The position numbers and the translations under genes were made by a program. Below are positions 1-12,745 of a DNA stretch of 64,000 nt, piece by piece. Source of the DNA: Lama guanicoe (Eukaryota). Under the pieces are notes generated by a model. That model was not told where the DNA came from. It ran no database searches and saw nothing but the letters and a program-made list of their open reading frames with translations. How positions within the stretch are numbered: position 1 is the first letter of the stretch; every line of letters begins with the position of its first letter. Location of the stretch: assembly GCA_013239625.1 (NCBI GenBank), contig MU054001.1:1677884-1741883 (forward strand), read 5' to 3'.

Positions 1-2082
1 GGGCCCAAAAGTGACTTCTCTTCAACTACTGTGCAGAGAAGTCCAGAGCAGGAGAGAACGCCCTTTCTGACTTGCCATATTGATTTCCCTCCTGCCACAT
101 GCAGGGACACTGGTTCAGTGTCGCCAGGTGTGAAATGCTGCCCACCCCCACCCCCACCCGCACCTCTGCTCCCAGAGCTGTCAGACACTCCTCTAAACAT
201 TAGCCCTTTGCCCCGGTGCTTGGAATATCACGCATGGGGATGGAGAGGTTTTTCCATTTCTTTTTCATTTCCATGCAAGTTCTACGTCTAATTGAAGGAG
301 GGGGTGAAAAGTGTAAACAATCTTACGATGTCTCGCCATCCTTAAAATCCTGAAATTACTTTGGTCTTTGTTGGTCAGCAAATAAATTAATTTTCACTTG
401 AAGAAACATCATTTTTAATGCCTTTCATTCTGGCCTGGCCTCATCCCACGGTCCAATTACTGAGGTAACTATCACCAGCGAGGAGACCATGGGGGCCGTA
501 GATCAGAAATTGTTTACCAGGCTTGCAGGCATCGATTTATTCCAGCTACCTGACACAGTTGATCATATTTTATTTTCCCAAATCTTCTCTCTCAAATTGA
601 TTTTTCAGAAAGTTTTTAATACAGTTTTATTCACCTGGCTAATCCATTTATCTTCAGTTCCATCTGTAAAGTCAGGGAAATCTCTGGGGTGGTCTGTGCA
701 GGGAAAGAGACGTTTTCTCTGCACTGGGCTCTCCACCTTCCACCCCCTCTGACCCTTCCCTGCATACACACATGCACACGTGCACGCACACCCAGGCCCC
801 CACACCACCACACGTGCAGCTGACTAGCTGTGAGATGCTGAACCTCACTTCCCCTTCCTAGGTCTCCATTTCTTTTGCAAAATCAGGGGATTGCACTATT
901 TTGTCTCTAAAGACCTTTCTAACTGGAGATCTTTAACACTGACAAGTTGAGAGCTGGAAGGGGCGAAGGAATTGAAACCAATCTCCTGGCTTCACAGTGT
1001 GGGAAGCCGAGGCTCTTCCTGCAAGAGATGGGACCCGCATTCCAGCTGATCATGGCAATCATGGCCAGCCCGTGATTGGGAGTGGACTTCTTGACAACAA
1101 CGCTACAACCACCACCCACCCTGACCCCCTTTCCTGTAGCCTGGGGTTATTCTTCTCTTTCTCAGGAGCAGAAAGACTTTAAGTTGTAGAAACACTTTTC
1201 TACAGAATCCTCAGGCAAGTGACCACACTGTCAGGTGTCCAGTTGTTGCCCCGGAGGGATGGGTTGGGTGAAGAAACACGAATAAGATGCAGTGTGTCTT
1301 GGAAAATAATACAAATGACACGTGAGGATGTAGGTGGCTGTGTGCGCTCTCACGAAGGGCGTGACCGTGGAAGAATGGGAAGCATGGCTCCAACTCGGCC
1401 AGGCTCCTGCCAGCGCGGGTGTGCCAGGAAGCACCCCTGGGCCTAGAGTCCCAGCCCTGCAGGAGTTCAAGCTGCAAAGTTAATAACCCTTGACGCCACC
1501 CAGCCAAAGCCACAGCCTGGCCTAAATAATGCAGAAGTCGTTCCTGATCCTCGGCCTGTCTCTCCCCGGAGCCAGAGTGTGTGTCATCCTTTTTCAGGCG
1601 GGGCTGCTCCTTTGATGCGCAGCCCCGCCCTCCCCTTCGCTGTTGGGTGGATTTCTTAGGTGTGTAGTTAGCAAAAGGGAGGGGACGAGCAGATGTGCTG
1701 GCCGTCAGCAGAACATCCTCGCACGGTCCCTGTGGCCACCAAACCAAACCAGGGGCCACGCAGGGCCTTACTGTACCACTGTCTTATGCAGAAATCCATC
1801 TCTTTCGTGCTCCCTCGTCACAACACGCCGGCAGCCATCTCCCACGTAAGAGAGAAGAGTGGTGACCTACCCAGCCAGCAGACCCTGGCGGACGGGGGCC
1901 TCCCCGAGGCACCAGTAAATTTCACCCGGGCACCAATGTGCTCCCGTTGACTGCTCCCAAGTGCTGACTCCGAGAGAACCGTCTGTGGAGACTGTCCCTC
2001 GGATCAGGTGGAGGAGACGGGACTGTAGGAAAATGAATACAGATGCATAGAAGCCACAGCCGATTGAAAGACCCTCTCAGTC

Positions 2083-2730
2083 TTTTTTTGCTTGTTTGTT
2101 TACATCATAAGTTGCTCATAGCACTTCGTTAGTTTTTCTGGTGTACAGTGTAGTGATTCAGCTATATATATACATTATTTTTCATTATGGGTTATTACAA
2201 GCTGTTAAATGTAGTTCCCTGTGCTAGACAGCAGGGCCTTGTTGTTCATCTGTTCTGTATGAAGTAGTTTGTATCTGCCAATCCCAAACTCCTAGTTTAT
2301 CCCTCCCCACCCTCTTTCCCCCCAGTAGCTATAAGTTTATTTTCTATGTGAGTTATTTCTGGTTTGTAAATAAGTTCATTTGTATATATATATATATTTT
2401 AGATTCTACATATAATTGATATCATCTTTCTCTGTCTGACTTACTTTACTTAGTATGATATATCTCTAGGTCTGTTCATGTTGCCACAAATGGCATTATT
2501 TCATTCTTTTTTATGGCTGAGTAGTATTCTGTTGTATAAATATACCACAACTTCTTTATCCAGCCATCTGTTGATGGACATTTAGGTTGCTTCCATGTCT
2601 TGGCTGTTGTAAATAGTGCTGCTATGAACATTGGGGTGCATGTAACTTATTGAATATGAGTTTTCTCTGGATGTGTGTCCAGGAGCAGATTTCTGGATCA
2701 TATGGTAACTCTATTTTTAGTTTTTTAAGG
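2083..2730 (-). mobile_element. L1 3'-end fragment
   Basis: T-rich tail; typical L1 3' motifs ccatgtcttggctgttgtaaatagtgctgctatgaacattgggg. Confidence 0.85.
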
Positions 2731-2754
2731 TCCTGGGTTTCTCATCAGTGAGAT

Positions 2755-4030
2755 AGTCACATGCAGAAGAATGAAATTAGAACTTGTTACACTATACACA
2801 ATAATCAATTCAAAGTGAAGACTTAAATGTAAGACCTGAAACCATAAAACTCTTAGCAGAAAACATAAGGAAACATAAGGGGAAAAAAAGGTCCTTGACA
2901 TTGGTCTTGGCAATGATTTTGTTTGATGTGACACCAAAGGCACAGGCAACAAAAGCAAAAATAAACATAGGGTTACATCAAATTGAAAAGTTTCTGCACA
3001 GCAAAGGAAACCACCAACAAAATGAAAAAACAATACACAGAATGGGAGAAAATATTTGCAAACCATATACATGATACACAGTTAATATCCAAAACATATG
3101 CCTTATAATTCAATAGCAAAAAAACAAAAACAAAAACAACTAATGCAATTTAAAAATAGGCAAAAGACTTGAGTAGACATTTCTCCAAAGAAGACATACA
3201 AATGGCCAACAGATACATGAAAGGGTGTTCAGCATCACTCATTATTGGGGAAATGCAAATCAAAACCAAAGTGAGATATCACTTCACAAATGTTGGGATG
3301 GCTCTTGTCAAAAGTAAATAAAGGTGTTGGCCACAAGGCTGTGGAGAAAAAGGAACCCTTTTACACTCTTGGTTTGAATGTAAATTGGTGCAGCCACTAC
3401 AGAAAACAATACGGAGGTTCCTCAAAACATGGTCCAGCAATCCCACTTCTGGGTAGAGGTCCAAAGGAATTGAAATCAGAATCTCAAAGAGATACCTGCA
3501 CTGCCATGTTCACTGGAGCATTATGCACAATAGCCAAGACTCAGAAGAAATTTAAATGCCTGGTGACAGGTGAATGAGTAAAGAAAATATGGTATTTAAA
3601 TACAATTCAGCCATAAAAGAAGGAAATCCTGCCATTTGCAACAACATGGATGAACCTAGAAGACATTGTGCTAAGTGAAATAAGCCAGACACAGAAGAGC
3701 AAACACCACACGATACCACAATATTACGAGTCTAAGATAGTCAAATTCTTAGAATTGGATATTTACCAGGGGCTGGCAGAGGGGGAGTAAGGCGATGTTG
3801 GTCAAAGGGTACAAAGTTTCAGTTATTCAAGATGAGTAAGTTGTAGAGATCTACTGCACAATACAGTCCACAGTTAATGATACAATATATTTTTAGGTAT
3901 AAAATTTGTATTGTGTTGATGGATTCACAGATGTCACTTACCTCCAAACACATCAAGTTGTGCACATTAAATATGTACAGCTTTTTAAGTGTTGATCATA
4001 CCTCAGTGAAGTGATTTTTAAATTTTTTTT
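2755..4030 (+). mobile_element. L1 ORF2 C-terminus + 3'UTR remnant (older family)
   Basis: gaatgggagaaaatatttgcaaaccat, agacatttctccaaagaagacatacaaatggccaac, gcaacaacatggatgaacctaga. Confidence 0.85.
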
Positions 4031-4569
4031 TAGTTAATTGACAAATTTTTATTACGTGCCTACTCTATGCCAGTTACTGTCAGAAATCCCTTCCTTTCCA
4101 GAGCTTGCTCTATAGTAAAAACATTTCTGTAGCACTTAAATATGAACAGGGCACATTTCTAAACTAGAGTGATTCTTTTAAAAAGGGAAACCATGTCCTA
4201 TAAAGAAAAAACAAATCAGAGAATGACATTTCCTCCATATGTGTTCATGGAAATTTTACTTTTAATATACCATCTTCTAGTTTCCCAATATAACAAATCT
4301 TGCACTGAAAAAAAGAAATCCAGTCACTCACAATTATGTCTTGGCTGGCTAAGCATTTTATCATCTCAAAGGGAAATCTAGCACTGCAAAAATAATTATA
4401 CTTTGGTACCTGTAGTATTTTTGTATCAGCCGAGAGTGGGCAGATTTTAGCACAACTCTTGATAACATTTAAGAACAAGATAACTAGCTGTACCATTCTC
4501 CCTGTATCAGCACTGAAAGCTCACAATGTAATAAATACCATATATGGATGGGGGAAAAATTGAAGTGGT

Positions 4570-4990
4570 TAGAGAGTGAAGTGTATGAATATTTGGGGGA
4601 AGAGCATTCTAGGTAGAGGGAAACAGCAAGTGCAAAGGCCCTGAGGCAAGCACATGCCTGGAATGTTCCAGGAACAGCACAGTCCATCAAGGCTGGAGTG
4701 GGGTGAAGAGGGGAGCTGTGCTAGGGGGTGAGGCTGGCCAGGGAAGGTGGTGGGGACAGGTGAATGGGTGGCAGCGGCTAGATGAGCCAGGATCTCTTAG
4801 GCCTTTAGTCTACATGAGATGGGAAGTCACTGGAGGGTTTGAGCAGAGTGATGTGGCCTGACTTGAGGCTTAACATGCTCACTCTACCTGTGATGTTGAG
4901 AACAGACTGAGAGGAGGCAGGGGAAGCCAAAACCCAGCGAGGAGGCTGGTGGTGTCATCCAGGTGAGAGGTCAGAGATCATGGTGGAGGC
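4570..4990. mobile_element. L2 fragment
   Basis: cattctaggtagagggaaacagcaagtgcaaaggccctgagg ... gggaagtcactggagggtttgagcagag. Confidence 0.7.
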
Positions 4991-5285
4991 ATATGAATGA
5001 TGTAGGGATTATCCTGTTTTTCTGGCTTTTTTCTCTTTTTTTGGCCTAAGTCTTTGTTTGCCTTCCTCTCTGTGTGTGTGAGACTTTGCATCTCACCGCT
5101 GAGAGCTATTGTGTTATTTCTGGTCAAGAAGCGATAGAACCCGCCCTCTACTCAGCTGAGTGCCCAAAGAGCTGCACTTGGCACAAGTGGCTAAGTGTTA
5201 AGGGTCTGTGGCTCTTAGAAGGGACGGAGAAGGGGAGGCCTCCCACCGCACCCCATGCTGTGCTTTGAGGTAGGAAGACTCCTTT

Positions 5286-5846
5286 TGTTGCAGAAGAGGG
5301 ACATGTCACATCCTGGGACCTGCCGGAGTCCTTACAATGGACCGCCAAGTGAGGGTCCTTGGCTTTGAGCAGGAAAGAACTCAAGAGGGAGCCATAGTAA
5401 AGGGAAAAGCAAGTTTAGAGAAACACATTCCAGGGGGAGGGTGTAGCTCAGGGGTAGAGTGCATTCTTAGCACATAGGAGGTCCTGGGTTCAATCCCAGT
5501 ACCATCATTAAAAAAAAAAAAAAAGTAAAATAGACACACATTCCACAGGCAGAAAGTGAGAGCAGCCCAGGGCAGGGGGTCCCAGGTTTTATGATTTGTC
5601 TCATTTCACAGGCTAATGAGTGGAAGGGATATTCTTGCTATTTCAGGAAAGGGTGGGGATTTCCCAGGAATTGTGCCACTGCTGACTTTCTGGCCTTTTA
5701 TGGTCTTTCTCAGAACTGTCCTGACATAAAGGGGAGTGATTTTTACTGTTACACTGAGGGTGTCAGGAGCTAAAGGTCATGACCAGCCGATTCTTGGAGC
5801 CACCTTGGTTTCAGCTGGTTCCAGCCGGTCTTTATCCATCTCAACA
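5286..5846 (-). mobile_element. Probable ERV1-type solo LTR interrupted by a SINE
   Basis: TGTTG...CAACA termini; ERV1-LTR-like content (aggaaagaactcaag, aaagggtggggatttccc). No clean TSD. Confidence 0.5.
5433..5529 (+). mobile_element. tRNA-derived camelid SINE (Vic-1-like)
   Basis: A box TAGCTCAG and B box GGTTCAATCCC, poly-A tail, TSD core acacattcca (5423-5432 / 5536-5545). Confidence 0.85.
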
Positions 5847-8216
5847 GCTGCGGCCCTTCTTCATTTACCCAGAGATTGGTCTGTGTCCTTCACCGGTTTG
5901 GGGCTGCGGGTTTTCTCCCAGACCCCCTGGGAAGCTGGGACTTCCCCAGCTGACTCCGAGGGCTCCTCATCCAGGTTAACCTGCTTTCTGGAAGGAGCCT
6001 GCAGATACCACCAGACCAGTACAACCAGAGCAGCTTTTCCTCCGTCAGTGATTCATGTAAATACTTGTCCTCTCGGGTGATGGCCTAACTCTTGAGTGAC
6101 TCGTATCACCTGGGGTGCTGCACCTCCCTGGGGACACCTCTGCCCCCGCGTTGCCACCCAAACACAAACTTGGTCAGAGATACTGCACCCAGGTGAGTCA
6201 ACCTCGTCCTTAGACACATGGGTATATTTGGGGCTGGCCCTTTCCTAGGCAATGAGTGCAGCCCTCTAGCCCTCTAGCCGCTGAGTGTGGAGCCCTGGGG
6301 AGGCGGTACAGAGACCACCTTCTCATCCTGCCCCACCCCTGTATCAGCACTGAAAGCTCACAATGTAATAATGCCTCCCCTCATCCCCCAGACCATCTCC
6401 AACGGAAGGTAGAATCCCTCTCTGTGCTCGGGGCTACGTTTCATCTCTTTAGTTTCGTCCACTGGGTCCTGGAGTGTGAAGGGTTAAACTTTCATTACTC
6501 ATTCACGTTTTAGGAAATGTAGAGTCCAAGTCCTGGTTTTGATGGCGGTGGGAGGAGTTGGTTGTAGAAGGATCAAGCCAAGTGCAGAAATACCAATGAG
6601 GAGACGCTGGGGGTCAAAGGCATGAACTTTCTTGCTTGGGGGGTGGGCAGCCCTGGGGAATGGCTTCATGACACTTACAGGGTGTTTAAAGTCATCTTAG
6701 ATGAAATGTTCAGTAAACATGTCTTTGAATAGTTGAACCCCTCTGCTGGTGGTGTGTCCCTGCTTGAGACTATTAAGCACTTTGTGTAAGGGAAATATAA
6801 CTCTCTAAGCTGTGAATTTTTTCAGGAACACAGAAATAGGCACAGGATTTAAAGAGCATGGGTTTGTTAAAAATGTACATATGATATTCTCTATGAGCAA
6901 CATCCTTAGGTCAATTCATTCCTGCTTTGCTGCATGCATTCTTCCCATTGCCCACCAGAGGGCACTCGACCCTCCACCAGGAAGCGTTAAGGTCGACTCC
7001 CCTTGTGTTATTTGCTCACCCAGAGCCTTCGGGGGCTTGGAGCTGCATCAGCCACAGCAGGGCAAGGTTTGCCAGGTAGTGTGATTTGAAAGGGAAGGGC
7101 CATTTAAATGGTGTCAGGAGAAACTGCTGCCTGGTACTGGGGGAAATACAGGTACATTCACATGATCCCATTAGGGTATACAGTCATGGTCTGTGCGGCC
7201 AGCTTTCTTTAGAGTCACATCTCCAAAGAAAGCAGCAGTGCACCGGGCTTTAGAATTCCTCCAAGAAGTCTTTATTTTCTCATTTCTCCACATGAAGGAA
7301 TGTTTGCTACCTTGTCACATCAGAGAAAGAGAAATAAGTGAGTGTTCTTAAGGTTTACATTGTGCCCGTTAGTGGGGACTTGAAGCAGGGGCTTGGTGGA
7401 ATGTAGCAAAATGTTCAAGTGTGAAAATGCATGAACATCGTCCTTAAGACCTCCCTGCTTCCCCTTACTAACATTTGCTAGCACAGCAACCACCCTTCGC
7501 CACCTAGTGTCTTCTGAACCACGTTCAGTTTCTTTTTCAACTGGATTCCTCTTAACTGGCATCAAGTAGCCAGCAAGTGACGGCAATAGTGAGTCTAATT
7601 TATGGTTTGTCATTTGTGAGAACAGAGTCATTGACAGTAAGTCAGTGGGGAGTAGGAATGGCCAAAATATACAGCTGGAAACTTCAAAATTTACTACTCT
7701 TCACAGTACCAGAGACTCAAGGAACTGTGTCAGCGCAGACAATATTTCTGCTCTAATTGTTCATGCATAATCATTAAGATGCAATTCTAATCCAACAGTC
7801 CAAAGAATCACAATAAGCTCCTCCCCCACAAAGTACTCCTACCAGAAATGCCGAATCCAATCAAGTGTTCAGAACTTACTGTATCCAAGAAACACAGGGA
7901 CAGAGGATCAAGCTAAACATCACAAGAGTGTGTTCAAATGGTCCACATTAGTAGAGCAGGGGAAAGGATTGTTCTGTAATAGAGACTAAAGAGACATAAC
8001 AACCAGATGTAATGAATGAATCTTGACTGGATCCTGGCTTAGGAAAATAATAACTATAAAAGCTTTTTTATGATGTGTAAGAATTAGGTCTTTCAATGAG
8101 ACTAGGAATTCAGAGCATTTTCTCAAGTGTGATTGTGGCTTGGTAGGTATGTAGGGGAATGTCCTAGACCTTAGGAGATACATGCTGAGGTATCTTGGAC
8201 TGTAGTTCATGATGAT

Positions 8217-11200
8217 CATAACTTTTTTGTTTAATTGAAGTATAATTGATTTATAATACAAAAGTTTCAGGTGCACAACAAAGTTATTCAACATTTTTAT
8301 AGATTATACTCCACTTAAACTTAATACAAAGTAATGGATATATTTCTCTGTGCTGTGCAGTATATCCTTGTTCTTTATTTTATACATAGTAGTTTGTATC
8401 TCTTAGTCCCATCCCCTTATTTTGCACCCCCCCCACTTCCCTCTCCCCTGTGGTAACCATTAGTTTGGTCTCTAGATCTGTGAGTCTGTTTCTGTTTTGT
8501 GATATTCATTCATTTGTTTTATTTCTTAGGTTCCGCATGTAAGTGATTTCATACAGTATTTGTCTTTCTCTGTCCTATGTATTTCACTAAGCATAATAGC
8601 CCCTAAATCCATCCGCACCATTGCAAGTGGCAGAATTTCGTTCTTTTTATGGCTGAGTAATATTCCACTGTATATGAATACCATATCTTCTTTATCCATC
8701 TATCTGTTGATGGGCATTTGGGTTGCTTCTATGTCTTGGCTATTGTAAATAATGCTGCTGTGAACATTGGCATATATGTATCTTTTCAAATTAGTGGTTT
8801 CATTTTCTTCAACTATATACCCAGGAGTGGAATTGCTGGGTCATGTGATAATATTAACTCTTCTTAATATGTTTGGTAGAATTACTCTATGAAACTGTCC
8901 AGTTGCAGACTTCTGTTTGCTGCGAGTTTTTTAAATTACAAATTCAGTTTCATTACTACTGATTGGTTTGTTCAGATTGTCTATTTCTTCCTGATTAAGT
9001 CTTAGAAGACTATGTTTCTGGAGATTTTTCCACTTTTTTTAGGTTGCCCAATTTGTTGGCATATAACTGTTCATAGTATTCTCATGACTTTTTTGTACCT
9101 TTGTGATGTTGGTTGTTATTTCTCCTCTTTCTTATTTTGTTTATTTCGGTCCTCTCTCTTTTCTTCTTGATGAGCCTGGCTACCAGTTTATCATTTTTGT
9201 TTATCTTTTTGAAACATCAGCTCTTGGTGTCATTGATCTTTTCTACTGTCTTTAGGGGGAGGGAGGGACCTCTGTGTATTTCCTCTCTGATCTTTGTTGT
9301 TTCCTTCTTCTGACTTTGGGATTTATTTGTTTTTCTTTTCCTAATTCTTGAGATGGTAGATTAAGTTGTTTGAGATTTTTCTTGTTTCTTGAGCTAGGCC
9401 TGTATTGCTATAAACTTTCCTCTTAGACTGTGTTTGTTGCATCCCACAGATTTTGGAAAGTTGTGTTTCCATCTTCATTTGTCATTCATTCATTCATTTC
9501 TCATTTATTTCATTTCATTTGGGTATTTTCTGATTTCCCCTTTGATTTCTTCATCGACTTTTTTTTTTTTTTTAGTAATAGCATGTTGTTTAGTCATTTC
9601 GTCTCCACATGTTTGTGTTTTTCTCATTTTTCTTCCTGTAATTGATGTCTAGTTTCTTACTATTGCGGTCAGAAAAAATGCTGATATAATTTCTATCCTC
9701 TTAAATTTGTTGAGACTCGTTTTGTGGCTTAGTATGAGATCTCTCCTGCAGAAAATTCCATGTGCACATGAAAAGGATGTGTATTCTGCTGTTTGGGGAT
9801 GGAATGTCCTGTAGATGTCTATGAAGTCCAGTTGGTCTAATGTTTCATTTAAGACCACTGTGTCCATATTGTCTTTGTCTGAATCATCTGTCCATTGATG
9901 TAAGTGGGATGTTAAAGTCCCCTACTTTTTTGCATGACTGTCAATTTCTCCCTTTATGACTGTTAATGTTTGCTCTATATATTTAGGTGCTCCTGTATTA
10001 GGTGCATGTTCTTCTTGTATTGATTCATTTATCATTATATAATGACCTTCTCTGTTTTAAAGCCCATTTTGTCTGTGTATTGCTGTCCCCATGGTCTTAT
10101 TTCTGTTTGCATAAAATGTCTTTTTCCATCCCCTCTCTTTCAGTGTGTGTGTGTCTTTAGCTCTGAAGTGAGTCTCTCTGTAAGCAGCACATAGATGGGT
10201 CTTGGCTTTTTAGTCCGATCAGCCACCCTATGTCTTTTGATTGGAGCATTTAGTCCGTTGACACTTAAGTGATTACTGTTAGGTATGTACTTATTACCCA
10301 TTTTCTTACTTGTTTTCTGGCTGTTTTTATAGTTCTTCTCTGTTCTTTTCTTCTTCTAGTTTCTTTCCTTGTGGTCTGATGATTTTCTTAGTGGTATGTG
10401 TTACTTTCTCTTTAATGTTTGTGTATCTCTCTTAGGTTTTTCATTTGGAGTTACCATGGGGTTCCTAGTTGTTGACCTAAAATTATATCTACTTGTTTTA
10501 AACTGGTAGTCTTTTAAGTTCAAACACATTCTTTTAAAAATCTACATTTTTACTCCCTTTCCCCACATTTCATGTTTTTGATGTTGTATTTTACATATTC
10601 ACACTTATCCCTTTACTGATTATTGTAGTTAGAGTTGACGTTACAATTATTTGTCTTTCAGTCTTTGTACTAGCTTATTTAAGGGGTTGATCTTTACTAC
10701 ATATTTCACTTTACTAGTGGATTTTTCCTTTCCTATAGATACTTACTTCTTCTTATAGCCTCTCCTTTTCCACTTAGAGAAGAACCTTTAACATCTCTTT
10801 CAGGGTAGCTTTAGTATTGATGAACTCTTCTAGTTTTTACTGGTCTGAGAAGTTGTTTATCTCTCCTTCAGTTCTAAGTGATGATCTTGCTAGGTAGAGT
10901 ATCTTAGGTTTCAGGATTTTTAACTGGCCCTTCGAATATATCCCCGCAAAGTTGCTGCAGAAAAGTCATTTATAGCTTTATGTAGGGGTTCCCTCATATA
11001 TGACTCTTTTTTGTCCTCTTGTTGCCTTTAGAATTCTCTTTACCTTTAATTTTTGCCATTTTAATTATGATATGTCTTGGTGTGGCTGTGTTTGGGTTTC
11101 TCTTATTCAGGACCCTCTGTGCTTCCTGGATATCTGTTTCCTTCTTCAGGTTTGGAAAGTTTTCAGCCATAATTTTATCAAGTATATTTTTGACCCCTTT

Positions 11201-12745
11201 CTCTCTTCTCCTGGGACCCCTATAATGCAATGTTAGTACACTTGATAAACTGTTGTCATTTAAACTTTTGTCATTTTTAAAGTGTGTTTTTCTTTTTGTT
11301 GTTCTGATTGTGTTATTTCCATTACTCTATCTTCCAGATCATATGTGTTTTTCTGGATCGCCTAGTCTGCTGTTAATTCCTTCTAGTGTTGTTTTTTTTT
11401 TTCCAGTTACTGTATTCTTTATTCTCACTGATTCTTCTTCAGTATTTTATAGTTCTTTGCTCAAATTCTGACTGTATCTATCCTTTTCCCTAATTCAGTT
11501 AGCATTTTTATTACTTATGCTTTGAACCATTTCTCTGATAAATTATATATTTTTATTTCATTAGTTGTTTTCTCAGGGTTTTTCTCTTGTTCTTTCAGTT
11601 GAAGCAAATTCCCCTGTCTTTCCATTTTGCTTAACTTTCTCTGTCTCTATGACACTAGGTGAAACAGTTACGTATTGCAGTCTTGAAGGTCTGTCTTTGT
11701 GTGGAAGTGGCCCTTTACAGTTTGCATGTGCCCAGTGGCTATGGTGGGAGAGCTGGATCTGACATGAGCATGAGTCATCTTTCCCCAGGATGTGCTGGCA
11801 GCTCTTACCTTGGTGTAGGTGGAATGGAGAGGGAGGGGCCGGGGCTTCTCCTCTGCTCAGTGGCCAGCACCACCCTTTTGGGGTTGGGGGCAAGTGCCAA
11901 GTTGCTGGAGCAGAAGCTGTGAGGGTCAGGTCTAAGCTGGCTCCCTTCCCTTTAAATGTGTGGTCCCCACCCCATCCCAGCACTGGCTCCCTGGTCCAAA
12001 AGGGAGCAGTGCTGGAGCAAGAGGGGCTGGTGCTGTGCTTGGCACAGTCTGGGTGCAGGCTCTGGTGGCCCTGGCCATAGCCAGGGTGCCTGATGGCTTC
12101 TGATGTGCTGCCTCCACGAGCACCCATAATGGATGCCCCTGCCCTACTCAGAAGGCACTCCAGATCCGAGCCATCTTTGTTCCTCACAACTGAGCTCTCC
12201 TCTTGGCCAATGCAGCCCTCACTCTAGTATAGCGCTGTGTTACAGAGCAGACAGGGCTGGCGTGGGCTGGGACGTGTGCCGCCATGTCGGTTGCAAGAAA
12301 CGCATCAGCATCCCAGTCAGTTTCAATCTGCCCTCTCTGCCCTGTTTTGGGAGTAAGCAAGCTTGTACCAGCTCCTCGTGGGTGGGGTCCAGGCTTCCTG
12401 CAGCCCTCCTGTTAGTCCTACCAGCTTTCCAGCCAGCCAAGGGGACTTCCTGGTGTCACACCTCCCAGGGCTGTTGTGGCCAATCTGCTTACTTCTCAGG
12501 GAGTATCTCTGCCCACGAAATCCCCCTCCTCTTCTGAGTCCCATCCTAGGGGCATAGGTCCTGACCTGGTCTTCCCTTTCTACCTGATTCCGTGTGGATC
12601 TTTCTTACAGCCTTGGTTATACAAGCATCTTTCTGCCAGTCTCCAGTTCATTTTTGGTGAGAATTGCTCCACATGTGGATGTCTTTTTGCTGTGTTCATG
12701 GGGGGAGGTGAGTTCCACATCCTCCTACTCCACCATCTTAATCTC
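8217..12745 (-). mobile_element. Degenerate L1 with 5'UTR, ORF1, ORF2 EN remnants and 3' end; internal deletion
   Basis: ORF1 remnant IMAENFPNLKKE...TPRHIIIKM (10994-11230); EN remnant LDQLDFIDIYRTFHPQTAEYT (9649-9867); 3' end at 8225-8845. Confidence 0.9.

Noticed and set aside
761..790. Alternating purine-pyrimidine tract (also ~59009-59045)
   Set aside because: Short degenerate (CA)n microsatellites, common in mammalian DNA.
1211..1950. 182-aa minus-strand ORF and mild CpG enrichment
   Set aside because: No recognisable domain or convincing exon structure; an enhancer role cannot be supported from sequence alone.
2083..3720. Oppositely oriented adjacent L1 pieces resembling a twin-priming inversion
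   Set aside because: Both pieces cover the same L1 3' region and have different 3'UTRs, so they are independent insertions.
5433..5510. tRNA-like sequences (also at 21700-21788, 38930 and 47120)
   Set aside because: A-rich tails, TSDs and divergence show they are SINE copies, not tRNA genes.
4500..6371. CRISPR-like interpretation of the 35-bp repeat
   Set aside because: Only two copies 1.8 kb apart in a mammalian genome, with no spacer array or cas genes.
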